Virus record (IMG/VR): IMGVR_UViG_3300030109_003595
Location: 9,024-73,023 of that record
Origin: a virus
Lineage: Duplodnaviria > Caudoviricetes
Reading direction: 5' to 3' (one strand)
DNA: 64,000 bases
Positions 37,601 through 42,689 of the stretch are shown one piece after another. Both the position numbers and the translations under genes were made by a program. A model generated the notes under the pieces. That model saw only the letters and a list, made by a program, of their open reading frames with translations, was not told the origin of the DNA and did no database searches. How positions within the stretch are numbered: position 1 is the stretch's first letter; every line of letters begins with the position of its first letter.

Positions 37601-39347
37601 TAGCAATAACCTCTTTCTGTGCATCGACCAATCCGTTGTCGAATACTACTTGTGCCTCTGTCTTATTGACTAATTCGTCAATCAGAACCGTACCTTGGTC
37701 TCTGTAAACATCGACTCTACTGTTGATTGAAATCTGGTCAGAAATGCCACCCTTGGAGACATCGTACATCACATCTATGACATCAGCAGAGCCATCTATC
37801 TGCTGGTCGATTACCTCTTCCTGTGCTCTTGGCATCATCTTGAGGAAGTCATGACCATCAACGTGATTGAGAATGTGTCTCCCGCTGTGTCCCACTTGGA
37901 AGGATGTGTCTACGTCGGTAGGCCAAGTGGCCGCATATGCGTTGGTTGAGGTGTCTGTGGCCATGTTGGTCGAGTAGACGAAACCATGCAGAGCGAACGG
38001 ACTCTCGTCAATCACCATTTGCCCTGTCCTGTCTATTATCTGAGTGGAGTGATGAGGTGGTTGGTATGGTCTGCCACTGGCGCTGTCTATCAGCATGTCA
38101 GCACCGATGACCACGAAGTAGTTGTCAACACCCGCTGTTCTGCTATGGAGAGCCTTACGGAGTCCGTTGACTGAACTGGAGAAGTCCAGATGCACGCTGG
38201 ACACGAGGCAGTTCCCAGTAGATGTGTTGATGTTGTGAAGCCTGACTCTCTCTGGGGGCTTGTTGTTGGGCTTGAAGACATCCCTGTCTGTAGCACCAGC
38301 GTTGATGAGCAGGTTGTATGGTGTGTGAGAGACTGCGTATGTGGTCGGAGTGCCTGTGTTCTGTAGGTAATTGATAACCTTGTAGTCCCCACCTGAGAAC
38401 TTGTGAGTGCCTGTGGTGTCCTTAGAGAACACGTAGTTACCAGATACCGTCTCCAAGCCAGTGAGTTTCTTGGCTAGTTTGACCGCATCGGCAGTGCTGA
38501 GTGATATCTGGGATATGGTGACGCTCTGTCCATCCATGCTAGTGCCATTGTCTGATATCGAGGAGAAGGTGTAGACCTCCTCTACAGGTGCTATTGGTTC
38601 TTCAAACCTATAAAGCAGCAACGTATTCTGGTTGGCTACGGGTGCAGACCTCTCTAACGAGCCTTCCTCAAAGTTACTGGATATGTGTAGTGACTCCATC
38701 ACTCCCCTGAATTGTCCTCCTTTTCCCCCGACATACACGTGTGAGTTACCCTTGGCTATCTGTAGGGTTCTGTTCGCCAACTCTTTGGATACCATCAACT
38801 CACCATTGATGTAGAGTTCTATAGCACCAGTCCTCACTGCTGCCACTATGTGCATCAGGGGGCGCTGGTCTGTGTTGAGGGTAGTCGGGTCGTCGTATGA
38901 GCCGTTGTACTTGTTGTATGATGAGTGGATGCCACCGAACTCAGAGTTAGGGTAGACGACTCCTTCATATCCTCTACCAGATACCTTAGTCGCTGTGGAT
39001 ATGAAATGATGCTCCTGTCCTGCATCCGTGTCGAGGAACACCTCGAATGTTGCAGGACCGGGTGTGTCTATCTCCCCTATTGATAATTTGAACTGGTCTT
39101 CCTTCTCTACTACCACACCACCGCAGTCTGGTATGACCCAAGCCTCTATGCAAATCTGAGTATTCAGGATACCGGATAGTGAGCCTTCACCCTCTATGTG
39201 TTGCTTCTCACCCAGTATGTTAACTTTTGACTTAGTTCCATCTGATGTCTCTTTTCCCAAGCGACTCATAGTGCCTTGTGGAACGACTATGCTGTCAGAC
39301 ACACCATCGAAGAAAAAAGCATGGTTTGAACGACCGAGTATAGGCAT
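22644..39347 (-). CDS. Giant virion structural protein (5567 aa) with N-terminal LamG/ConA-like domain
   Basis: Uninterrupted 16.7-kb ORF. N-terminal FFDG...CIEAWV...HIVAAV...LYINGEL...VGG...FRGVMESLHIS...LLYRFEE is the LamG-like signature; lies in the tail-tip region. Confidence 0.85.
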   Translation of the reverse strand: MPILGRSNHAFFFDGVSDSIVVPQGTMSRLGKETSDGTKSKVNILGEKQHIEGEGSLSGILNTQICIEAWVIPDCGGVVVEKEDQFKLSIGEIDTPGPATFEVFLDTDAGQEHHFISTATKVSGRGYEGVVYPNSEFGGIHSSYNKYNGSYDDPTTLNTDQRPLMHIVAAVRTGAIELYINGELMVSKELANRTLQIAKGNSHVYVGGKGGQFRGVMESLHISSNFEEGSLERSAPVANQNTLLLYRFEEPIAPVEEVYTFSSISDNGTSMDGQSVTISQISLSTADAVKLAKKLTGLETVSGNYVFSKDTTGTHKFSGGDYKVINYLQNTGTPTTYAVSHTPYNLLINAGATDRDVFKPNNKPPERVRLHNINTSTGNCLVSSVHLDFSSSVNGLRKALHSRTAGVDNYFVVIGADMLIDSASGRPYQPPHHSTQIIDRTGQMVIDESPFALHGFVYSTNMATDTSTNAYAATWPTDVDTSFQVGHSGRHILNHVDGHDFLKMMPRAQEEVIDQQIDGSADVIDVMYDVSKGGISDQISINSRVDVYRDQGTVLIDELVNKTEAQVVFDNGLVDAQKEVIAIGGPSFDYLPFMLKGPVPQDLDNLNAETRRLHLRPSEKSRVALLKVPALTSYDLAPFVKVYYNAIDLTGASMSGVSQPLLMVEKTVPAGTTIVTGTTTVFSLIKTAIETNTIRSEVFAAGGYIDFTDTDVLKGSLRQNHSLIGDVSEGYEADDELDESLTPINYKPMTPTGITVDGDQASGGGTSITTSGNSSESTHIAEGDDIYNSNLAFVGTIASGGIGTNITLTTNRAAAVTNGEQLYIGIGTNAYPNQTPQIITASHTPTTKHDSVFNKMVIEPSRSKNDSLTDKGLYFRREPSEVIQSPSNGEFDKAGTGSGTHIYEMFDVIDNQFQDDGSVRVFIQPSDRRRVNQLSGLRSQSSDFKEPNNITMMYLMSRARIRAVLDSDQGGDSFTTVRCVGLTESTVNRAVSVRGKGSPDSQVVKEIEPNAPVVTVTLGGPGQGAMDVKPTYDPSPLARLPFSTRRNTATLANLATASSGGGALGVKPLNNNSTDLASWGTYGFPDLGRVYLQDGSSARYDSKDGTSFTFTDASSAGEGKFLLANGTEFTVFADWLSATDIASGNTLGIVSVSVTLFADRFFDESSLAEDGTTLNDRMFQGMSDVQHDYQLGTQYASTRAMVEIPFFANQFFDDVRTGTFPGPDNSFKIHIDATHTPHTYNPSPVGRRPKGVEPSDREAMSAYALNKRQNRYTPSTRITKVSSTQYQYFIYVEDIGMFPRVQQGHDTGSLALQENSDDDESYQNVDNVRNYRKMFLASGEWAYYTEMDLTTGQTLLKVPKGDNAANWAYSSGFLDEAVVGASITTGGPSLPLEGIVPIGSDAFTPSSDFENRSEYYHDSASVKTQGGNVDYGLRQYVSAVEFKEGPESNPHAPRIVSGRAVGTVNTVNFKNLSGSSGAFVNQILVTMSEEDMGLFPDLDYEDMSAYSFSSGEFLYEAETIDSTGAVRKFHYYGRLTKNSINDVIAANTLVFVYRDVSSSEPSWVTALPTNEIRLTRRVRDIFGDVDGDDGNNAALKEANNENIAKTFRPLDIGADDGWTITASSLISFNVTISNSNGRLAGSNTLGLNLRKGDLLYSEETTSKILYIGTVSKIEDYDDGTYSVTLGGFAKNTASAKPLRLSIANAYEEDPDAVLNKSWNYPYAAGGLRSGDTIWANMTINNPYATEGLFSKSRGVFNEAQVWKGFNGGVASLAASRPRESVPLENFLIGDTCLETAINYAQHVNQTVKENYKSLGLAESQAPKVAYVDPYLAEDGHARVLLYDVAHDKEFIAFQDLHMQVQTSAEAVTIGRPRNMVVGSGTAPVDLAEYTATFNGGGPSWITTQIDVANGYPSENRYIRSTQQSKFIESAYSHDLANRIGTNVMTAVNGTLPSNLPASAVTSSSPGIYGKAHGHHVHTGYSIFGEANKYSMGDSVLPRTNDSTVNPFTASSDHAFSRTKRSLTEAFTAALVKLRRDASTNTFPTTLRDPSTFFDTPDGTRVIPAFLCLKGIRDTSLDLTGHEEDRLQHLKQWTDMDFLRRLSIDCGAVSTKSGVVSIESAAQEIVRQINQAGAPKGQIVVDKDTTGSAHDPAPFWDTDKAFSSRDRGTHMGYVRAHMGREVQDRNGNRGFTVVIHSTVPGASGRNFCVWLDNSKGQSVYQPDFLIGHGGRWRDFWALPEEKEGENMHPAPMPLNKHGRPFAPITTLTQYVNPDETGENVISTTDFTDSDDDSSPVIRAISNALGGGQQFNTVNTESFSTIGSSSTIIQGLRVGKNSFGRVNFGGLVASGVPGFSPIAGPWGFGKKGSQDFRDTYGQTTEVVSYTSHTDANQLKSDTLGDSPIYGLKLTDHRGGNHGIRYIYRGAGLGFANDNTVLPDTISNEVCIFFDDRDTTQGGFTIGKHMRGTGDATGRMNTDNASTMTQKKWTGNRWRGVSAPNIAVDCEISRSGTTLTVDLQAPFDNNSGLAHHDVLGYLGFPVTNGMIQVTDAGGGNEAMTYSYTRRTQNDKSGTHKFFGIAGDEADHTYDSGEYLISPTLNWTTLVTDELMAAVTTAAINATALQLTEGINFDCTEMYATNGKTFGDMGVLPDAITIRAFDPTKNITPISDLFSASLHNDFGMQAAHVEFGEVEKTQLQNTGWSFGTSRATRDADIEINRRIACGYIPKTVLQIATRSRGPNGNTATPVLVDSLNNPVDISDWRKNLKGESFTRHSGDHILPMINNPTAVFAHASSANSDWAAGGTQNLTLDHEMWNFLIPAGQEGSGSKIPSFGETKTIFMNDKKSVTVESLNGGTSTTKFVWSNASEDWPAAEVSDILAFSHWAKVDVTKHFDGLRSLGSVFSEPYVFFRGGKSSTDHSVPLFFGGGFSGVTLDINDGTKNDYSSFYTHPYANGPTGTTGIQNANEISTSFALLDGNAMFAFFPGAALCNQHRGSILPPMFNRDNILSPDISRGTGTINSSHPNSTPYTNNSGTDVAVQKPSPLILRFAHPTARYEDHRDGTDSKTTYIIFGPGQAFPFAQEVADNAGSYNIKQPHPGRVIVNGNGHSKVPKATSTRRFPNHIESDGVLANGTFGEGYFMPEASAYQLARGRFHWRTTLNWETPQGKPNLAILKQSQASGRMYGNHFNVRTATSGIDDDLKKAHPMRHCSVIGHGVAMAADMVYHMDGGYHPGGHWMDNQITFNPPHPKGETILQRWGSGSSDTTLHPSAYRVAGPITTKVLAYSEVVASSEVDMEYIIVDATRCQNGEELATVVGSAINAFPGAGALKAMGGTHMPSMGNAMRQDRYGWVEKTYSAIVNSDSDPDNNHITVTGGTQDELERLPACGWLRTDASGFAPYYAREVHNDGAWKAKFYLAPNRISGQMKFEDQTTWYDTTGDKDTFPTVNSGSIWVWSKAGVHRFNNENTASRDHMCQSHFSGLVDAIDRTRPIGTMGWAGERYSYLNSLKVGTQGYAAGLGAWHPMLGFSPYGSASSAITALSHLPIVGAMVHSPEASPPVDGIGNNLMTYLGNPYSNSTGFRVNSDSQATYTIAHDTSDAPHTIHTKPPTYIDTTLPDFMTHPQGVFGRAFIVVSYECESALVAKYDRDGITGLGDWLQVKGAAANSVANPIHYAGTTRWDERFHGQDRFIAPANAGPNVEAMVHTTPTVKTVSNYTTNHTLDTTFDAEYFLHGTANNSTLENAIPSLHKTGDLIFDLDHSVGSFFLEETGVERNVAADLYGNGIGGSSGEDFTQLYDDSGTPSHDDFWVGDVNAYDLYKRSAAKNFSIEHIVWKRMDGGNLSLPAINARGLGAVPFVNRVSGNNAYTMGEKIFGNVRFTFETTNSAMLPVLQAQELNHPQLASKFPLNIQNVLEIPNEEMQFGEMTVTDDSGQEHVLEGGSPLGTIIRGFRKVTDRQTKGMSPALANSDVAPNLKIQLPDPNSIPGNIVVRSGFDRLQAYQNETMGSGGMIHPDLNENYIGNLFDNSVSSPRTGPTYEDHNWEHIDVLTKDSTNAGWKEATNSAPLQTSYEQHDRTLYFHVTKMGHSSTERYPTVYTHANGIESRSLTVSSFSGTTLTANASVLMPSTNTDVFSAGFGTKEVSDNRRFLRLATTTDSVVVSYTGISGSTFTGVVGDVDFTVFLAANPPASTTINISPSYYIPAGSNRFFASRRLRDHAEVSGNSPDMAKTEYLSGTYGTVNANTLAYNIYNKQVLTPMPLPRMGHHFVTPTMPMLPGHWAHPVYQSLFTRHKAENASLRGFADKNILADSVTATSVMGDLASTVTDQFNVHDPELSFSGVNAAPSLPSDIHGGAFTLMFETGIKYDGYGILASTGTHAGAVNKAGGHTIVLESAYYYTLGKNFPDPAEVGAYQIVIQPNTFSTQLVGFHTDVGASTQSLTSQQVHTVIGRKAANNTLGTVSLILAQATQADVRGCEIFINEAMIDINPDHGSQFTNIPPLLLYNQFGVEGTESPVFTRRALPYTPGQFRNATPGYTVSTPWWSFIHKVAPDDSSSNNFKHIALHRPDNYYHMKRSTFGSIGVQLTIAGYPSIYPNIYSHILQNTSLNAKCIVKSIQSTANGYRTITVDDASRFPETPQYAEVLEYTDSNGIRQTLAYTRRSGLQLNAINKPDKLQSNVVSGPFWDNLTEGTVIRLSQPYDIYSSKNVFTDTNSSIFTKVLSQLEKGTRDTTNLHIPDAYLCMWNSNLGRPYTFYSDSSRTFNNPTSDRAVDKKPYNSLPEHFESIHYHDSVYAMSLGPLSLRIKSANPDTKTGVSATGAAIEALSGYEAQGGTTLDSQKVMYSKFWPCGSRGGPLVSRLDLYTEASVSWSIPRKYAANDFYFWKDEDTANSSYAMASSGITFDTMSSSHDANRYSYGWRISLRQVYNKPTYGILPGRGKLEDDNTSETQYTTDYVAGPLVHMPASTWTYIGGDTSQSNVPLSTTYVGIMERQTNFAGMLAADRPEYQVRYSDGRRMTRPFGAPLRTLVANNNQGRDWWGDILGKGVYSLTEAAQYYLVDWWGNERGEDVRRAPVRGFGIRPAWDCGDAYEYDRTNNRSPHARIFNNGKPIFDVLGVINSSGERTGDAPRLGGTQSLSGSSTELVDVFAPTHSMRVGDMGNGRGVRYPSQFNEDILTELSEPVHSTGVVLSHNTAEPPAVTGLLRPRNDVLQADEIPRGISARLEIEEDGLLKPDAVVSDRVEQIVGTSPHKDAISRSTPRIGIDAENMEGLEKDHIAINTEAHSLHTDRGVGQRTVLHGALVANTQTLGDLDLTTAAFNGHMNSVLRFSHTSNVNPLGGSYVLETKSYGSFFDDTGWGLDGVSGGAKTTNPYQNTDFSRNTVKNNQKDQSVKWLLRPVRVLDKQHVEMFRPVPSVAGNTPQPASNFFRASGGGKYGLFTYETPTPRVASDNFPRSTAPDTNGPYVPVVFMSNSSATTPTSKGPKILGTETTGFDKTTITSPVTRMIISENTLQHYRADASRRRQIEESNQIVRRLDYSVKPRFSQSLHPKGHKGDVSFNVSNHSGDAA

Positions 39348-39351
39348 AATA

Positions 39352-40578
39352 TCACAACAAGAAATCCACAGGCACGAATTGCATCACAATGTTGTAGACG
39401 TTCTCGCCTGCATTGTATGTGATATCTAATTTGTTTACTGTGCCCTTTATTCCTGTTTTGTTACCTTTGAAGGTAGCGCCTGCTGGATTGGAGTTGTTGT
39501 CGCTCCTCTTGTCATTGAATGATTTGCCGAATCCTGTGGGCATGATGAAGTTGCGAGCGACGAATGTATCCCCGTCTGCTTGTATGGTCGAGTTGTATGG
39601 TATTTGTATACCCTTGATGTATCCACTACCTCTACCTGCCCCGTCCATCATAATCCCCACACCTGCTGCTGCCACACCGACACCAACAGGAGCACCTACA
39701 CCAGTCATGGCTGCCGCAGTTCCTCCTGCCACCATTCCTAATCCCAAAACGAACTTCTCAATACCTTCTTTCTTGGAGTTGTTCATGATACCGTAGAGGT
39801 CCATCGCCTTGTCTCCCGCTGACCTCTTGGATACGGTGAGACCCCCAGCAAACTTCTCATGAGAGGGAGGCCTGTACCCGTTGGGTTTCTGTGAGAATAT
39901 GGGAGTGAGGTTGTCACCGTCTTCCCCTGTGGTGTCTTGGTTTATTGTCACTACCGTGTTAGTCTGACCAGTAACTGCTGAATCTGATTTAGATGCAGTG
40001 AACTTGGCTGCCAAATTAGATGTGTTGTTTATCAGGTCTGCGAATGCAGTGGCGAAGCCAGCAGCAGTGAGTGAGCCTGCTGGGTTGATTCCTATGATAT
40101 AATCAGTGTTCGTGGTGTTGGTGAATGTTCCTGATGAGAGTTTCTTGAGTCTGATGTTGAAGGTAGTACCGTCATGCGAGGTGAGTTTGATAGTAGAGAA
40201 ACTGAACTCAACAGCAGAATTGTTAACGAGCATGCTGTATGTTCTGTTGAATAACTTGTTTATGTTGGAGTTGGTAGCCCCATCACCGTCTAGGTAACTC
40301 TGCGTCTGACCTCCCATCAGTGTGAATGAGAAGTCTATCCTAGATTTCGCTGCTAAGTTAGAGCCTACCAGATTCCTGTCGTCAGTGAGCACTGCATTGA
40401 TTAGAATCATCGCCTTGTTCATGTTGAGGTCAAGCCCTACTCTTATACCACCAGTGAAGGGAGTGGGCATACCACCCGTCTTCCTCTGTGTTGTCATGGT
40501 CATGCTTTGGGCGTTTATCTCAGTCAACTGTCCATTGTCATGAACTAGCCTGATGGGAACACCGTTTGCTGCCGCCAT
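39352..40578 (-). CDS. Tail protein downstream of tape measure (Dit-like by position)
   Basis: Synteny; TAATG coupling; contains a Gly/Ala-rich hydrophobic stretch. Confidence 0.5.
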   Translation of the reverse strand: MAAANGVPIRLVHDNGQLTEINAQSMTMTTQRKTGGMPTPFTGGIRVGLDLNMNKAMILINAVLTDDRNLVGSNLAAKSRIDFSFTLMGGQTQSYLDGDGATNSNINKLFNRTYSMLVNNSAVEFSFSTIKLTSHDGTTFNIRLKKLSSGTFTNTTNTDYIIGINPAGSLTAAGFATAFADLINNTSNLAAKFTASKSDSAVTGQTNTVVTINQDTTGEDGDNLTPIFSQKPNGYRPPSHEKFAGGLTVSKRSAGDKAMDLYGIMNNSKKEGIEKFVLGLGMVAGGTAAAMTGVGAPVGVGVAAAGVGIMMDGAGRGSGYIKGIQIPYNSTIQADGDTFVARNFIMPTGFGKSFNDKRSDNNSNPAGATFKGNKTGIKGTVNKLDITYNAGENVYNIVMQFVPVDFLL

Positions 40579-41444
40579 TATGCATACCTACTCTTCGTTG
40601 TTGTACCACCCAATGTTCTAGCAACTTCCTCTTGCAAGAGTTCTCCTATCTCTCTCGCTTGTTCTCTAGTTGTTCCAACGGTGCTAGTTAGATTGATTGT
40701 GATTGCGAAGTTGTTGGTTATTGCTTGAGCGACTGTGTTCATAGCGGATGCCGCTGCTGATTCAGCCTTCTTCTTGCCTCCACCGAATATACCCTTAGCC
40801 TTGTCTATCAGACCACCAACAGCACCAGCGATTGCATCTTTGATTTTCTTAATGATATTCCAGACTTGTTTGAAAGGCCACATTATGATGTCGCCTACCT
40901 TGGCGAACTGTTCACCTATGAACTCACCAACACCTCCTAGTTTGTTTCTTATACCTTGGATGAACGTCCCTATTCTACTTCCCACACGACCTATAGCGTC
41001 TGTTATTCTCTCAGGTATGCTGAAGATGAAGTCCTTGACGTTGCCTAGTTTCTCGATAATGTTCTCCTTGATTGATGTAAACACCTCAGGTATCTTGCCC
41101 AGATTGGTGGTTATGCTTTCTCTTACATTGTTAAAGGTCTCTGGTATCTTGCTGAATCCGTCGATGATGAAATCTATGAACTTCTTAGCAACACCCATCA
41201 CACCGTTGAACACTGTTGTTGCCACTTTTATTAGTGGGTCAAGAGCAGGCATTATTTTGTCACCAATGAAGTCTTTGATTTTGGTGAATATCCTTACAGC
41301 GATTTCTCCGAGTTTGTTGAAAACTTTAGTGAATAACTGACCAATCATGCTTATGCCAGACTGCACCGCAGATATGCCTCCTTGAATCAAGGAGGTGGAT
41401 GAGTTGATGGCCGCTAGAGATGCCAAGATTGGTGCGAATGCCAT
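40578..41444 (-). CDS. Short tape-measure-like protein (288 aa)
   Basis: Amphipathic helical repeats with periodic F/I/W, C-terminal TNNFAITIN; follows the frameshifted chaperone pair. Confidence 0.65.
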   Translation of the reverse strand: MAFAPILASLAAINSSTSLIQGGISAVQSGISMIGQLFTKVFNKLGEIAVRIFTKIKDFIGDKIMPALDPLIKVATTVFNGVMGVAKKFIDFIIDGFSKIPETFNNVRESITTNLGKIPEVFTSIKENIIEKLGNVKDFIFSIPERITDAIGRVGSRIGTFIQGIRNKLGGVGEFIGEQFAKVGDIIMWPFKQVWNIIKKIKDAIAGAVGGLIDKAKGIFGGGKKKAESAAASAMNTVAQAITNNFAITINLTSTVGTTREQAREIGELLQEEVARTLGGTTTKSRYA

Positions 41445-42087
41445 TAGAAATCATCCTCCTGTAAGAAGGAGTAGTCTAGTCTCACTATATCACTGCTCTC
41501 AGTGTTGGACCTGACTCTCGCATCTTCTGCCTGCTTCTCTTCTTCTGCGTCATACACCATGGCCCATACCAGTGATTGCTTGAATATCTCCTCACTCATG
41601 TTGTATACCTCTGTCAATGAAATCCCGTAGTGTTTTGCTATGTTATATGCAAACAACTGTAGTTGAAGTTCGATGTCTTCTGATGACTCTATCTCTTGTC
41701 TCTTCAGAAAACTCTCAACCTTCAGTTGTTCGCTTTGGTAAACCCCCCTTGCATAGCCTCCGCCATCTCATCAGGCTTAGGGAGGAGCGATGCCAGTTGT
41801 TCACCGGCATATGCATTGAGTTGTCTCATCTCTTCTATGGTTAGTTCCGGGTTAGTGCCTACGACCCAGTTAGTGAAAGCATACGACCAGTATGCCTCTA
41901 AATCAAGAGAAACGCCGGATTCATTCACCACGAACATCGTTTGTGCTGCTTTTTGTACATCCAAATACGTTATGTCTCTTATCCACACTTCCATGATAGC
42001 CTCAGGGTCTTCCCCATCGACTTGTATCTCATGCTTGTGTTCTTGTTTATTCGTCAATATTTTCCTCTTGTTCACTACTTTCGTCAT
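41444..42087 (-). CDS. Tail assembly chaperone G (41722-42087) and GT fusion via predicted -1 frameshift
   Basis: The ORF ends CAA GGG GGG TTT ACC AAA GCG AAC AAC TGA. The -1 frame from GGGGGGTTT (41740-41748) is open (VYQSEQLKVESFLKRQEIESSEDIELQLQLFAYNIAKHYG...) to 41444. Confidence 0.75.
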
Positions 42088-42679
42088 TGTTTGTCACTTC
42101 CTCGGTTACAGCCGCTTCTTCAGCGGGGGCATCCGACGATTCCTCAGCAGCCGCTTCTGCGGGGGCTTCGGTCTCGTCATCTGGTTGTGTTTCTTCGGTA
42201 ATGCCTTCGTCGTCTCTCCTTAATCGGAGCACGACTTCAGCCTTAGTACCTCGAATCGTAAGTCCTCTGTCTCTACATACGTCACGTAGTTCTGCGACAG
42301 TCATCGAATCGTAATCTGTGTCTATGTCAAAGGGGGAATCCGTTGGTGCTTCTTCAGGCACGTCAGGTTGTTCTTCTGCTTCAGGAAGGCCAGTCCATAT
42401 GTCACCCTCGTTAGGTGCTTGTTCAGGCACGTCAGGTTGCATCTCAGGTTCTGGCTCTGACTGTGCTAGCACTTCCTCAGCAGCATCCACCCAAGCAGGT
42501 TGCTCCTCTACCACCTCAGGAACGGCAAGAGCGGCCTCGAAAGCAGCGTCTATGTGTGCTCTTTCCCTTGATGGTACGTGTGTGATTACCACACCAGTCC
42601 TACTGGACATCCAAGAGAGGTAGTCCTCTTTGGAGATTCTGTTGAATCTCTTGGCTCTCTCTCTTAGTGCTGGCATCAT
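42047..42679 (-). CDS. Acidic low-complexity protein with SAP domain
   Basis: YDSMTVAELRDVCRDRGLTIRGTKAEVVLRL is a SAP motif; QPDVPE and APAE repeats. Confidence 0.75.
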   Translation of the reverse strand: MMPALRERAKRFNRISKEDYLSWMSSRTGVVITHVPSRERAHIDAAFEAALAVPEVVEEQPAWVDAAEEVLAQSEPEPEMQPDVPEQAPNEGDIWTGLPEAEEQPDVPEEAPTDSPFDIDTDYDSMTVAELRDVCRDRGLTIRGTKAEVVLRLRRDDEGITEETQPDDETEAPAEAAAEESSDAPAEEAAVTEEVTNNDESSEQEENIDE

Positions 42680-42689
42680 CTTCAAAACC

